This document shows, piece by piece, positions 29,901 to 38,741 of a DNA stretch of 64,000 bases. The notes below the pieces were generated by a model. That model was given only the letters and a program-made list of their open reading frames with translations. It did not search any database and was not told the origin of the DNA. Position 1 is the stretch's first letter; each line of letters begins with the position of its first letter. Source of the stretch: a virus (Duplodnaviria > Caudoviricetes); the IMG/VR virus record IMGVR_UViG_3300028804_000003, positions 16,859 to 80,858 of that record, one strand, 5' to 3'. A program made the position numbers and the translations under genes.

Positions 29901-30139
29901 GCGAACTCCTGCGAAGAGTTGGTAGCCACACGCAGACGGTTGTCGATGCGAGTCGCTGCGTCAATGAGGTCCACGAACCCGGCAGCGGCACGAACGGTTG
30001 ACGCCACGACGAGGGCCTGACGGAAGAATGCGAGAGCGCTGGCCGACTTCTGCGCAGCCGCACCGACCTGACCAATCGCAGCCGCCGTGGCTTGCGCCCC
30101 GGACTGTGTGACTACAATCTGGAAGGTATGTGTGGCCAC
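26981..30139 (-). CDS. tape measure protein
   Basis: 'AMIQFSQSLASGALRGDELRSVSEQLP' tape-measure N-terminal motif, Ala-rich, late 'ASGGPV...YLVGEKGPELF'. Confidence 0.93.
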   Translation of the reverse strand: MATHTFQIVVTQSGAQATAAAIGQVGAAAQKSASALAFFRQALVVASTVRAAAGFVDLIDAATRIDNRLRVATNSSQEFARAQQFVAQISRSTRTELESNAVTYGRLLKSTESLGLSSGYLEKVMTGLALSVKVGGATSMEARNAMIQFSQSLASGALRGDELRSVSEQLPALATAIGKEFGVSGGQLIAFAKANPGILETSRVIKAVADAVPKLTEEAKKMSPTITEGFIAIHNAVVTMLGDINRGTGIFGAFSRGLVLVGDNLNIVIELFAAFIAIRYAGTIAAWGGATAAFGRNLVAMFQLMAQGNGVMASFNALLMVNPITIWIAAIAAAVIALTAFYNYFPQVKAAVDGFFGSMAKIVDVLYQIVASIGQSLPSWVTMDGTMKVVANTVALLVAAFGNIITFAMVPFVLAAEGVVRALNALGLASNESVNAVANARAELFSYAQGLLQGKQATVDAGQATETLKQSTTNLLSPLLGAKGGTDALKASQAALAAEVKKVDEGYRMVGGRLTNTIASMPSSIDGFNNLARVTKDWEGYTKAAGTAVTETATASTAAKAPTDSLAGSMKGVNLQASGAAKASQVMATSLASSAESSTTAAKQVKAFADLVAQLNPLMTAAKTAGEAAASGFNAAGDAANGAAPGIRNLAAAYRELAAAKAAAGSGGGSSGSSGGTDGARASGGPVLSGNTYLVGEKGPELFTPNTTGNIIPNHALQSNGTTAANDNTTLIVRAINRMANAVVASNKVAAAANQAMVNEVAVQTENTAKALQRAAVPLSESQSFKGSGYSADGRAFENDPKYNWLAYGEGMLQQGQNYFAGSDAFGQKYIDPQTYSDWAKTQKVLGGDEAYRANMKDQSNWTMSGGYSGQYDANKPYDSQNLEESAKLAMLKASLERYGVDAFAYSGIDIIGMIKEQERIVQFIAAKSETATAALKQYRDAGENFKQFQEALPGLAAVASKVQDFQTLTPAQGGPMYGTSDPYGLANAPRPDPKAQEAMSSNKTAGAQDNRVQVQMTVNTPSAETFRQNKAQIESQLASMVDRANRRAGRR

Positions 30140-30150
30140 TGGTTGCTCCT

Positions 30151-30600
30151 TCAGGTCTTAACGATCTGGATAGAACTAGCACGTACACCCATGGCCTGCA
30201 ATCCCTTGGAAACCATACCGCTCGGTCGATGTTTTGCGTCCCCGTATTCGAGGACGCCGATATAGGGGACGTTGTTGGTGATGTATACCGCCTTGGCCCC
30301 GCGTAGACCGCTCACAGCGGCCTTGGCGCGGCCCTTGGTGGCCGCTCGGGCTGCCGGGGCACCTGTGCCGCCCTTGGAGCCGGGAACGTGCGGTGGCACC
30401 TCTCCTGACGCCGGGGAGCCTATCGTGACCACCCAGTTCGAAACGGCCCTCGTGGTATCCACGGGAGTTGAGTCGGCCATCTTGTTCACGCCGTCTTCAA
30501 CGATCAGCTTGACGGCCTCATCCAGACCCTCTTCCACGTCCTTGACGAGCTTCGCCACGACAGTCGGCATCTGACTGAAGAGATAGGTGCCCACGATCAT
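30151..30600 (-). CDS. tail completion / HK97 gp10-like neck protein
   Basis: 'TPVDTTRAVSNW', 'YITNNVPYIGVLEYG'. Confidence 0.8.
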   Translation of the reverse strand: MIVGTYLFSQMPTVVAKLVKDVEEGLDEAVKLIVEDGVNKMADSTPVDTTRAVSNWVVTIGSPASGEVPPHVPGSKGGTGAPAARAATKGRAKAAVSGLRGAKAVYITNNVPYIGVLEYGDAKHRPSGMVSKGLQAMGVRASSIQIVKT

Positions 30601-30962
30601 TTCCCCCTTGCGTTATGCGGTGCCTTCGGTGACGGCTGGATTTTGGTCTCAGCCTTCTTCTCGATATACACCTTGTCCATGGCTCGCATCAACCACGTGA
30701 ATCGCTGTAGCTCATCAGGGTTGTCAGCGTAGCCATGGGCATTCGCATAGTGGTGAATAGCGGTCCATGGGAGCACCCCATCGGTGCGGCAGGTGTTCAG
30801 TTCGAAGAAAGCCTCGTACTCACCCTGAAGCCAAGGCAACAGGTCCGGTGCATCATTGATGCGGGCCGGAACCGGCTGCTTGGCTCTATAGGCTTGAAGG
30901 GTTATCTCTTCGTCCTTACCCCCATGGTCGAGGTAGTAGGTAAGGACCTCGGTCAGTTTCCC
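30597..30962 (-). CDS. -1 frameshift extension of tail assembly chaperone (gpGT-like)
   Basis: Slippery G GGA AAC at 30962-30956, immediately before the TGA; the -1 frame stays open (KLTEVLTYY...LLPWLQGEYEAFF) to 30597. Confidence 0.85.
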   Translation of the reverse strand, partial: GKLTEVLTYYLDHGGKDEEITLQAYRAKQPVPARINDAPDLLPWLQGEYEAFFELNTCRTDGVLPWTAIHHYANAHGYADNPDELQRFTWLMRAMDKVYIEKKAETKIQPSPKAPHNARGK

Positions 30963-31396
30963 GCGTCGTCCTCGGTCGATCCCGGATTGAACGTCGAGAG
31001 GTTCTGCGCTTCGCCCATCAGGAAGTCATAGAGGGCCGGAAGCTGCTTCATCATATCCTCGGCGTTCGCGCGGCTGAACGGAATGATTTCGCCCTTGGAG
31101 TTCGGCACGTCCTTCCAGTCGAGCAGGATGGATTCGAAGAAGCACTTCTTGGCAATCTCGTTGATCGTGTCCAGCTTCTCGGGCGAGATTTCGGCGCTAC
31201 GGAAGAGCGCACGATGCGGCTTCATGAGAGCGGCCTGCACCTTGACGTACTTCTTGTTGGCACCACCGGCACGGGCGATCTTGAACGCGGGCGGGTTGGG
31301 ATTGGACTCGGTCGGCTCACCTGCCGGGTATACCCACTTGCCAGCGGTCTCCATCTCGGCATCGGTCTTGAAAGTGTCGAACAGCACGTTGCTCAT
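30953..31396 (-). CDS. tail assembly chaperone (gpG-like)
   Basis: Lies between tail tube and TMP; 'FKIARAGGANKKY', 'LLDWKDV...IPFSRANA'. Confidence 0.85.
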   Translation of the reverse strand: MSNVLFDTFKTDAEMETAGKWVYPAGEPTESNPNPPAFKIARAGGANKKYVKVQAALMKPHRALFRSAEISPEKLDTINEIAKKCFFESILLDWKDVPNSKGEIIPFSRANAEDMMKQLPALYDFLMGEAQNLSTFNPGSTEDDAGN

Positions 31397-31477
31397 TGTC
31401 ATCTCCATTATTGTTGAGGCCGAGGTTTACACCCCGGCCCCATCTGTATACTCAAAGGTTAACTCGAATGCAAGCCC

Positions 31478-33013
31478 TTACGAAGAGGCGGCAGTCGGCA
31501 GGTAGTCGTAGAACACCATGAGCAAGGTGTGATCGAAGACCTCGTCGGCAGCCGCAGGCATCTCAAGGTTCAGCATGATCGGCTTGTCCTGCTCGACCTT
31601 CAGGCGTCCATCGCCAAGGGCAATGAGCGGAATGTCGATGGCGATACCCGCGTTGTCCTTGATGACGATGCCGTGGATCGTGACATCGCTGTTGTTGCGA
31701 ACCGCCGAGACCGCAGTGACATTCGAGAAGTATGCCATGGCGCTGCCATCCACGATGAACTGGCCAGCGGTCATGTCAAACGACCCGAGGTAGGACACTG
31801 CCTTGTTCGCGGACACGTTGTTGTTCACACCGATGGTGAACTCCGACAGGAAGGCGAACAGTGCCGAGGGGTTGGCACCGGCAGAGCGGTCGAGGATGGA
31901 CATCTTCAACACCGCGAAGTCATTGCTGGTGTTATAGGCGTCCTCGGCCACGATGCTCGGGCGCGTACCGGCCTTCACACCCGTGACACCCGTGCGCTGC
32001 TCGTGGTCCGTGCCCATGAAGGTCATCTTCACGGTCGCCTTGTCGGCGGTCGAGAAGGCGAACTCGGCCTCGTTGGGCACCGCGCCGACCACGTACTCGC
32101 TCTGGATTTGCGAGAGGTTCGAGTCGTCCGATGCACCAAGGGTGCGCTCAAGCTGGAACGTGCGGCGAACCTGAAGGCTGCCGGACGATTCGTTCTTGAG
32201 GACGCGACCGAACCACAGGCGGATGGTCTTCGTGGTGTTGGCTTCGGTGACCATGGTCGTGTTGGTCTTGTCGAAGGTCAGGCGGTTCGCGGCCACGGTG
32301 TAGATACGAGCCCACGTGTTGTTCGCGGCAGTCGTGAACTGCATGGGCGAAGTGTCACCACCCATGTAAATCCACTCACCCGGAATAAGGCCGAGGGTCG
32401 TGAAGTCCAGCGAGGTCGAGGTCAGCGCCGGGAGGGTGCCCGAAGCGTCCACGTCGATGTCGCCAGCCGCCGACTGGTATCCCACGACAGTGATCTTCGA
32501 ACCCGAGGGCGGGGAGGCCTCAGCCGTCAACTGGCCGGTGGCGACTTCGACGGAAACGTTCGAGGTGATCGCAGTGACCACGTTCACGGCATTGTTGCCG
32601 GTGTTCGTGAAGCCATGGCCCTTGATGATGGAGCCCACGAGGAAGCCGGAAGTGGAGGCCACTTCGTATTCGTCCGGGTTGCCGCCATCGATGTCAACCG
32701 CCGTCACGACCTCTTCGCCCTTGCGGCGGAAGTCCGCGAAGAAGAAGCCCTGAAGCAAATCCTGAAGGCTGTTCTGAAGCAGGTCCGAGGTGAAGCCGCC
32801 GTTGGAGTCGAGGTCAACAATGACGCCCTTCTTGCGCTGGCGACCCTGATTGATGGGGTTGCGCGCCACGAGCTTGTACTGACCACCGAAGTCGTCATAC
32901 TCGTTGGGCTCCAGCGGATACCAAACAGCCGAGCCATCTGCCACGCCGATGCTGGTCTCCAGCGAATAGCGAAGGCCAGTGCCGTTCGAGTCAATCTTGT
33001 TTACAGCGGCCAT
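31478..33013 (-). CDS. major tail tube protein with inserted beta-domain
   Basis: 'RNPINQGRQRKKGVIVDLD', 'TIGVNNNVS..KAV', position upstream of the chaperone. Confidence 0.85.
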   Translation of the reverse strand: MAAVNKIDSNGTGLRYSLETSIGVADGSAVWYPLEPNEYDDFGGQYKLVARNPINQGRQRKKGVIVDLDSNGGFTSDLLQNSLQDLLQGFFFADFRRKGEEVVTAVDIDGGNPDEYEVASTSGFLVGSIIKGHGFTNTGNNAVNVVTAITSNVSVEVATGQLTAEASPPSGSKITVVGYQSAAGDIDVDASGTLPALTSTSLDFTTLGLIPGEWIYMGGDTSPMQFTTAANNTWARIYTVAANRLTFDKTNTTMVTEANTTKTIRLWFGRVLKNESSGSLQVRRTFQLERTLGASDDSNLSQIQSEYVVGAVPNEAEFAFSTADKATVKMTFMGTDHEQRTGVTGVKAGTRPSIVAEDAYNTSNDFAVLKMSILDRSAGANPSALFAFLSEFTIGVNNNVSANKAVSYLGSFDMTAGQFIVDGSAMAYFSNVTAVSAVRNNSDVTIHGIVIKDNAGIAIDIPLIALGDGRLKVEQDKPIMLNLEMPAAADEVFDHTLLMVFYDYLPTAASS

Positions 33014-33028
33014 TTGTGTCTCCTTTGG

Positions 33029-33460
33029 TTAGGCGATTTCATCGTAGTCGAAGTCTGCGAACACGTTGGTCTGGAGGTACGGACCCGAATGGCCCACATC
33101 AATGACCCGCGCATTGCGGAAAGTGATTGCGTCAGAACCGGTATTTACACCGCGAAAAGCACCCTTGACAACCCCCGAAATTAAATCGGCGTTTACCTGC
33201 CCCTGACCATACCGGGTGAATATCTGGACCATGACCAATCCGTAGACCCTGAAGCGCCGGTTTCCGGTCTCCCCGAGGGTGACCTGCATTTCATTGGTGA
33301 GGTCCACGAATACCCGGATGAACTCGTCTTCACCGTCCGGCGTATCCTTGACCACGTCCGGGTAGTAGATGGGCAGTGTAGAGTACGCAGAAGCGGCTAT
33401 GGCTGCTTTGAGGCAGCCGTAGATGGCGTCACGCGCGGCAGTGGTACTGGCAATTGGCAC
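33029..33460 (-). CDS. tail terminator / minor tail protein
   Basis: 'RRFRVYGLVMVQIFT..GQG', position in the head-tail module. Confidence 0.7.
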   Translation of the reverse strand: MPIASTTAARDAIYGCLKAAIAASAYSTLPIYYPDVVKDTPDGEDEFIRVFVDLTNEMQVTLGETGNRRFRVYGLVMVQIFTRYGQGQVNADLISGVVKGAFRGVNTGSDAITFRNARVIDVGHSGPYLQTNVFADFDYDEIA

Positions 33461-33465
33461 TTGCG

Positions 33466-33873
33466 TTACCTCTTCACAATAAACTCGTAGGCAATCCGTA
33501 CACTACCCGGACCTATCGGACAAGCCTTCACGACCTTGTAGAGCTTGCCGTTGTCCGTGATGTGGTCGATGTCTTCAAGGCCGTCCGGCACCGCGAGTGA
33601 GTCATGTGCAATCATCATCTTCTCTTCGCCGCGCCGGAGAAGCCCGCCCTTCTCATCCTCTTCGTCAATCGGATAGAACACGGCCAGCACCGTGCCCACA
33701 ATGGCCGGGTCCGGCGTCTGAGGGTCAGCGTCCGGGTCCGAAGAAGGGTTGGGTCCGCGCCAAGGCTTGTTGCTGTCCAGCGCCGTGCGGACCTTTCGAT
33801 AGAGCACGACTGTCCGACCGTTCTCTTCAATGAGACGCTTGGCAGTCGCAGCCGCTCGCACATAGTTGACCAT
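33466..33873 (-). CDS. head closure protein
   Basis: 'ATAKRLIEENGRTVVL'; TAATG coupling to the adaptor gene. Confidence 0.7.
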   Translation of the reverse strand: MVNYVRAAATAKRLIEENGRTVVLYRKVRTALDSNKPWRGPNPSSDPDADPQTPDPAIVGTVLAVFYPIDEEDEKGGLLRRGEEKMMIAHDSLAVPDGLEDIDHITDNGKLYKVVKACPIGPGSVRIAYEFIVKR

Positions 33874-34508
33874 TATCCCCTCGACAACCTCATTGCCATG
33901 CCAGTCTTCACGATGGGCTTGAGCCATTCATCGGCCACCGGGTACTCCGGCAGATTGACAAGGGAGACCATGTCCGACCGGCCACCGGGTGCGCGGCCTT
34001 CCAGCACGAGCCTCCACTGTTCCTGATTGTACCAAGTCTCTTCCTCGATGGGACCGACCTTCTGACTCTCACGCTGGACAAGCCCGCCCTTGGCTACGGT
34101 TGTCTCTCCAGTGTCAGGGTCCACGGTGTTGAAGCTGTTCGCCGGAAGCGGCAGGAGGTCCCCGAGCTTGAGCGCGATGAGGGAGTATTCCACGACCGCG
34201 CGCTTCAGTTCCTTCGGGATGGTGGTCGTCTGTATGTAGTCGCCCTGATTCGTCCAAGCATCCGAGCGCGGCCACATCAGGCTCTGGTCACTGTCACGAA
34301 GCTCTCCGACAAACTTGGTGCCAAAGCGCTTGTCAACATAGTCCGTGGCCTTCACGATAGCGGCTTCAATGAGGGCAGTGGTGTATGACCCGGCATCAGT
34401 GGCGGCAGCGGCAATACCACGAGCCGCATGCCATTCGCGGAAAAACTGCACCGTGATATAGGCGTTCGCATCCGTTACCAATGTGCCGTCTTCAACTACG
34501 ATAGCCAT
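33873..34508 (-). CDS. head-tail adaptor (DnaT-like domain family)
   Basis: 'MAIVVEDGT..ANAY', 'KATDYVD..F.G...DQSLMWPR', 'ELKRAVVEY'. Confidence 0.8.
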   Translation of the reverse strand: MAIVVEDGTLVTDANAYITVQFFREWHAARGIAAAATDAGSYTTALIEAAIVKATDYVDKRFGTKFVGELRDSDQSLMWPRSDAWTNQGDYIQTTTIPKELKRAVVEYSLIALKLGDLLPLPANSFNTVDPDTGETTVAKGGLVQRESQKVGPIEEETWYNQEQWRLVLEGRAPGGRSDMVSLVNLPEYPVADEWLKPIVKTGMAMRLSRG

Positions 34509-34567
34509 CTTTCTCTCCTTCGATCATGTGTGGACCTTATCCCAGTGGCGACCCGATGTCTACCCAG

Positions 34568-35272
34568 TTAGAAATTCGACGGGGTGGTATAGAACAACAT
34601 GGCTTCATCTGACAAAGCGCCTTCATACGCAACCATGTATGAGAATATGAAGTCCCCGTTGAACCCCACTGTGTTTATCGCCCCGAGCCCTTGGGTCCTA
34701 TCCTTTATGCGGACTAGGTTCCCACCATCAACGGCGAAGCTCATGATGTAAGGCCCTTCGACTCGGATAGCCGCGTAGTGAGTCCCCGTGGTGATGTCTG
34801 GAACCGGGTCTGCCGCCGCAGTGCTATTCCATGTGTCGATGTGTGACTCATCCCCCGCTAGAACTACACCCCAGTAAGTGTCCAATGCGAAAGCAGTAGG
34901 GTATCTTTCAAACACAAAGGAGTTGCCGGTCAATTCAAAGGCAACGATAAGAGTGTAGGCCGGAAGACTCTCAAGCCTTGTCACGATGGCCGGATCAAAT
35001 CCGGGGTATTGCGGTGTGAGTGAGTCAATCAAAAGCCCGTTCTCATCGAGCACGGGAGTGAAATCACCGTAGTCGGTGTTGCCGGGAAAAATATCTGTCA
35101 ACGCCACGGGGTCCGCTCCGATGTAATACTCGTTTGCCACGAAGCTCATTTCGAAATAGAGTCTCGGAAGCTCCGGGCCATAACCACCCTTTACCCGACC
35201 ACCACTACCTCCAACACCCGCCAAGGCCTTTGACTGTGCCGTCCACTTGTCTACCGTCTGCTGCAATCCCAT
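34568..35272 (-). CDS. hypothetical (possible head fiber / lectin-like) protein
   Basis: GGAG RBS, lower GC, aromatic beta-rich sequence; function inferred from position only. Confidence 0.55.
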   Translation of the reverse strand: MGLQQTVDKWTAQSKALAGVGGSGGRVKGGYGPELPRLYFEMSFVANEYYIGADPVALTDIFPGNTDYGDFTPVLDENGLLIDSLTPQYPGFDPAIVTRLESLPAYTLIVAFELTGNSFVFERYPTAFALDTYWGVVLAGDESHIDTWNSTAAADPVPDITTGTHYAAIRVEGPYIMSFAVDGGNLVRIKDRTQGLGAINTVGFNGDFIFSYMVAYEGALSDEAMLFYTTPSNF

Positions 35273-35288
35273 GATGTTCTCCCAAATG

Positions 35289-35314
35289 AAAAGGGCCGCT
35301 GTTACGCGACCCTT
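35289..35314 (-). terminator. intrinsic terminator
   Basis: GGGTCGC/GCGGCCC stem with a T-run on the minus strand. Confidence 0.6.
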
Positions 35315-35341
35315 AGCACATTCGATATGGCTAGAACAGCC

Positions 35342-35938
35342 TTAGACGTTGGCCAGTGCCATCTCACGATTCCAACCCGGCAAAGCCGCCGAGATGTCCT
35401 TGCGGGTGACATTGACGATGCCAGAGGCCGTGGCGATGATGCCGACGAGCGGCAGGCCTGCGTCAGTCCAGTGATCGTCATTGGTCGGGTCGAGCGACTT
35501 GAGCGCGTCGATGATCTTCAGCACATTCGGGTCGGATGCGGCCTGTGCCTTTGCATCGGCTTCACGTCCTGCCTGTACTCCGTCCCCTTCGGCACCACTC
35601 CCGGAGCCATCGGTCGAAGTTCCAGTTGCTCCATCCCCGCTGCCGGTGCCGGGGCTGGACTCGTTGGCTTGTGCTCCACCCTCGCTCGCCCCTCCCTGTC
35701 CATCCAGAATCGCGTCTGTCCCATCGGAACCTCCCTTGGTTGCTGCATCGCGGGCCTGCGCTTCAGCAAGCTCTTCCGAGCCCTGAAGGAAAGCGCCGTA
35801 GGTCTTCATGTAGGCGATCAGACCATCCAGCTTGGCCAGTTCACCCTTGAGCACGAGTTCGCCCTTGACGAAGTCGTAGCCGTTGATGGTTTTCGTCTTC
35901 CCGGCGTAGAAGCCGGTGAGGATCAGTTTCATTGTCAT
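35342..35938 (-). CDS. virion-associated hypothetical protein with low-complexity linker
   Basis: C-terminal 'LDPTNDDHWTDAGLP...VTRKDI' module seen after capsid genes; AGGAG RBS. Confidence 0.65.
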   Translation of the reverse strand: MTMKLILTGFYAGKTKTINGYDFVKGELVLKGELAKLDGLIAYMKTYGAFLQGSEELAEAQARDAATKGGSDGTDAILDGQGGASEGGAQANESSPGTGSGDGATGTSTDGSGSGAEGDGVQAGREADAKAQAASDPNVLKIIDALKSLDPTNDDHWTDAGLPLVGIIATASGIVNVTRKDISAALPGWNREMALANV

Positions 35939-35979
35939 GTCTCCTTGTTGACGTTGTTCAGGCACCTATAGCACGAATC

Positions 35980-36002
35980 AAAAAGGGAGCACAAGTGCTC
36001 CC
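35980..36002 (-). terminator. intrinsic terminator
   Basis: GGGAGCAC-TT-GTGCTCCC followed by TTTTT. Confidence 0.75.
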
Positions 36003-36026
36003 TCCATGATGGGCCTGTAGGAGATG

Positions 36027-36623
36027 TTATCGCAGGACCTTGCAGCGCGCGTAGAGCGCCGGAAGTGCCGCCACGAGGGTCGAAGTGCGGGCAATGCCAG
36101 AAGCACCAGCCGCCGTGACCGCACCGAAGATGCCGGACACTGAAGCGCCGGTATCACCGAACGCGATGCCCGTACCGTAGGCCGAGCCCGGTGGGTAGGC
36201 GTACACGTTGATGATCCAGTCGCCCATGCCGTCCGTGGTCTCCACGATGGTCAGGACGTTGGTGGACGTGTTGTAGACCGCGCCGTTGATGACGGTGGCA
36301 TTGAGCGCGGTCGCCAGCGCCGTGCCGATGTCGTCAATGACCTGACCGTTCGTGCCCGTCACCGAGACGGAGAGGGACGTGAACGGAGTCACTGGGTCAT
36401 CGAGAGTGATGGTGAAGGTCCAGCCTTCAAGCTCGGTATTGACCACGAGCGCGGTAGCGGTCGCGGCAGACCAAGCAGCGGCGGGAACATCTTGCTGCAT
36501 TGCAGCGGCAGCAAGCGACTTGGCCTGCGTGGCGTCTTCGGCCCACACGACGACTGAGTCACAGCCTTCGTAGAGGTTCATGCCGCCCTTGAGGGCAAGC
36601 GAAACGAGAAATGCGGAAGCCAT
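36027..36623 (-). CDS. putative capsid decoration / structural protein
   Basis: Ala/Thr/Gly-rich, strong RBS, immediately after the MCP gene. Confidence 0.6.
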   Translation of the reverse strand: MASAFLVSLALKGGMNLYEGCDSVVVWAEDATQAKSLAAAAMQQDVPAAAWSAATATALVVNTELEGWTFTITLDDPVTPFTSLSVSVTGTNGQVIDDIGTALATALNATVINGAVYNTSTNVLTIVETTDGMGDWIINVYAYPPGSAYGTGIAFGDTGASVSGIFGAVTAAGASGIARTSTLVAALPALYARCKVLR

Positions 36624-36649
36624 GATGGTTCTCCTTCAGAGGGGTTCAA

Positions 36650-36678
36650 GAAAGGAAGGGCCGGTGTTACCCGGCCCC
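36650..36678 (-). terminator. intrinsic terminator/attenuator after MCP
   Basis: GGGCCGG/CCGGCCC stem followed by TTCCTTTC. Confidence 0.6.
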
Positions 36679-36684
36679 GCCGAC

Positions 36685-37605
36685 TTAGTTGGTGATGCCT
36701 TCGGCAGCCGCCAGACCCTTCTTGGAGAACATGGCCAGACCACAGTACCACTTGACGCGGTAGATGTGCTCGTCCTTGGTCTCGCTCTCACCCACGTCCA
36801 CGACGCTGAGGCCAGCGGCGTTTGCGGCGGTCAGACCGGCGATGCCGTGCGAGCGGCTGCCGTCATCGAGAGTGCCTGCGAAGATCGTGGTCTGCGCAGA
36901 GCCCGAGCCCTTGACTTGGTCGATGGGCACCCAGTCATTGCGGAACATCGGAATGCCGCGATAGCCGGGGACCTGCGCACCAGACGGAAGCTGCACGACC
37001 TCGGAGATGTTCGCACCGCCAAGAGCACGAAGCAGGCTCATGTAGGAGCGGATCGGGCGGGCATGCAGGGTGATGAAGTCAACCTGACCGTCCTTGTCCA
37101 CGACGAGGTCGATAAGCTCGTCAAGGAAGGCGAAGGACAGGGCACCGCCGTTGTTGCCGGTGGCGACCTTCTGCGCCGAGTCAACCAGCGAGACGAGGCC
37201 GGTGAACTGGTCAGCCGAACCCGTGCCGTTGATGAGCATGTCCTGATACTTGCGGCCAGCGGACTTCGCCTTGGACGCGATCTGGATTGCCGTCTGGTTG
37301 TTGCCGTCACCCGAGCGAGTCGCGGCGATGAGACCGTTGACCTCGGCATCACCGATGATCGTGGTCAGGCTCGACGTGACCTGCGTGAAGGTGGCAGCGG
37401 CCTTGGAGCCGATGGTATCACCCACGCCTTCCACGTCAACGTCACCGAGGACGTTTTCGCGGTTGTAGGCAAGGGCGTTGCCTTCGATGCCGTCGAACGG
37501 CAGCATCTCGTAGAAGCGGTTGACGGTGATGACGTTCTCGATCAAGCCAGCGACGAGTTCGTCCTGAGCCAGCTTGGCGCTTTCAGCAAGGGTTACGGAA
37601 GCCAT
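36685..37605 (-). CDS. major capsid protein (HK97 fold)
   Basis: 'MASVTLAESAKL..LPFDGIEGNALAYNRE', 'RVKWYCGLAMFS'; highly biased codons; strong RBS. Confidence 0.9.
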   Translation of the reverse strand: MASVTLAESAKLAQDELVAGLIENVITVNRFYEMLPFDGIEGNALAYNRENVLGDVDVEGVGDTIGSKAAATFTQVTSSLTTIIGDAEVNGLIAATRSGDGNNQTAIQIASKAKSAGRKYQDMLINGTGSADQFTGLVSLVDSAQKVATGNNGGALSFAFLDELIDLVVDKDGQVDFITLHARPIRSYMSLLRALGGANISEVVQLPSGAQVPGYRGIPMFRNDWVPIDQVKGSGSAQTTIFAGTLDDGSRSHGIAGLTAANAAGLSVVDVGESETKDEHIYRVKWYCGLAMFSKKGLAAAEGITN

Positions 37606-37754
37606 GGTGTTTCTCCTTCTTGGGTTCAAAAGTTCATTACGGTCATGAGGCTCGATTGCTCGATTTTCATAACCCTCATTGGCTCTCCCTCAGAAGGTCC
37701 GTCCCCTTCCCGCAAGACGCGGTAAGAAACCGTTGTCAAGGAAATACAGGAATT

Positions 37755-37762
37755 ATGGTTAA
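37755..37762 (-). promoter_or_regulatory. CtrA half-site TTAACCAT next to TTGACA upstream of MCP
   Basis: Minus strand reads TTGACACATTAACCATAATT. Confidence 0.45.
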
Positions 37763-37775
37763 TGTGTCAACCCCC

Positions 37776-37810
37776 AAAAAACTAGGGCCACGGATTTCTC
37801 CATGGCCCTG
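37776..37810 (-). terminator. intrinsic terminator after scaffold gene
   Basis: AGGGCCATGG/CCGTGGCCCT stem followed by AGTTTTT. Confidence 0.65.
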
Positions 37811-37840
37811 TAACTTTCGCGTATCTCAGGTGCGAGATAG

Positions 37841-38671
37841 TTAGCGGCGACCGATGTTCGCCAGACCCGAACTGATCTTGTCCACCGAAGACTTCTCGAC
37901 TTCGCGGCGCTGCATCTGCTGGCCGACCGGCTGCTTGCCGGTGCCCGGAGGCTTGCCGCCACCGCTCGGCGCGGCAGACTTGAAGACGATGGGATGCGAG
38001 AGCTTCAGTTCACCGATGAGGTCCTTGATGCCCATGGGCTCGCCGCGATTGTTCAGGCGCACGTTGTTGTCGCTGTCCACGACCTTCACGACATACTCGC
38101 CGTCTTCCTGCACGACCTTCACGGCCTTGCTGATGATGGGCATCAGAAGCTCCGCGCCCTTCTCGACGGTCCCTGCTTCAGCAAGCGCGGTGGCTGCCGA
38201 GGCGTTGACCATATACTTCTCCAAGGAGCCGCGCATGGCCGTGATGTCGTTTTCCTTCTTGGCAATCTCGGCAGCAAGGCGCTTGTTGAAGTCGGCCTTG
38301 ATGGCTTCCAGATTGACCTTGGCTTCCTTGCCGCCCTTGACCTGACCAAGGAGTTCATTGAACTTCTCGGAAATCACGTCCGGCAGCTTGGTGACATCAT
38401 CACCCACTTCGATGCCAGCCTCAGCCAGCTTCGCGGCAATGCCTTCGATGACGACACGACGCGCTGCGTCCTTGGCGTTATCGTCCTTCTTCTGCTTGCC
38501 GAATGTGGAGAGCTTCTTGTTCGCCCCGGTGAAGGCCTCAGCCAGCGGCTTGATGTCGGCCTTGACGACATACTTGCCTGCCGCCTTGTCCTCTTCGTAG
38601 TAGCCTCGGAAGGCCTCGGGCACAATGTCGATCACGTCAACACTGCCGTTCGCAATAAAGTCCCAGTCCAT
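37841..38671 (-). CDS. capsid scaffolding protein
   Basis: Coiled-coil, 'FKSAAPSGGG' C-terminus, upstream of MCP. Confidence 0.8.
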   Translation of the reverse strand: MDWDFIANGSVDVIDIVPEAFRGYYEEDKAAGKYVVKADIKPLAEAFTGANKKLSTFGKQKKDDNAKDAARRVVIEGIAAKLAEAGIEVGDDVTKLPDVISEKFNELLGQVKGGKEAKVNLEAIKADFNKRLAAEIAKKENDITAMRGSLEKYMVNASAATALAEAGTVEKGAELLMPIISKAVKVVQEDGEYVVKVVDSDNNVRLNNRGEPMGIKDLIGELKLSHPIVFKSAAPSGGGKPPGTGKQPVGQQMQRREVEKSSVDKISSGLANIGRR

Positions 38672-38698
38672 GTCATCATCTCCGTTTTTATGGTTAGC

Positions 38699-38714
38699 GT
38701 TAACCACGTTCTAA
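38699..38714 (-). promoter_or_regulatory. near-consensus CtrA box in scaffold/MCP promoter
   Basis: Minus strand TTAG-AACGTGG-TTAAC, downstream of a TTGACA at about 38736. Confidence 0.5.
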
Positions 38715-38741
38715 CGGAGATGATGAGTTCTTGTCAAGCCC

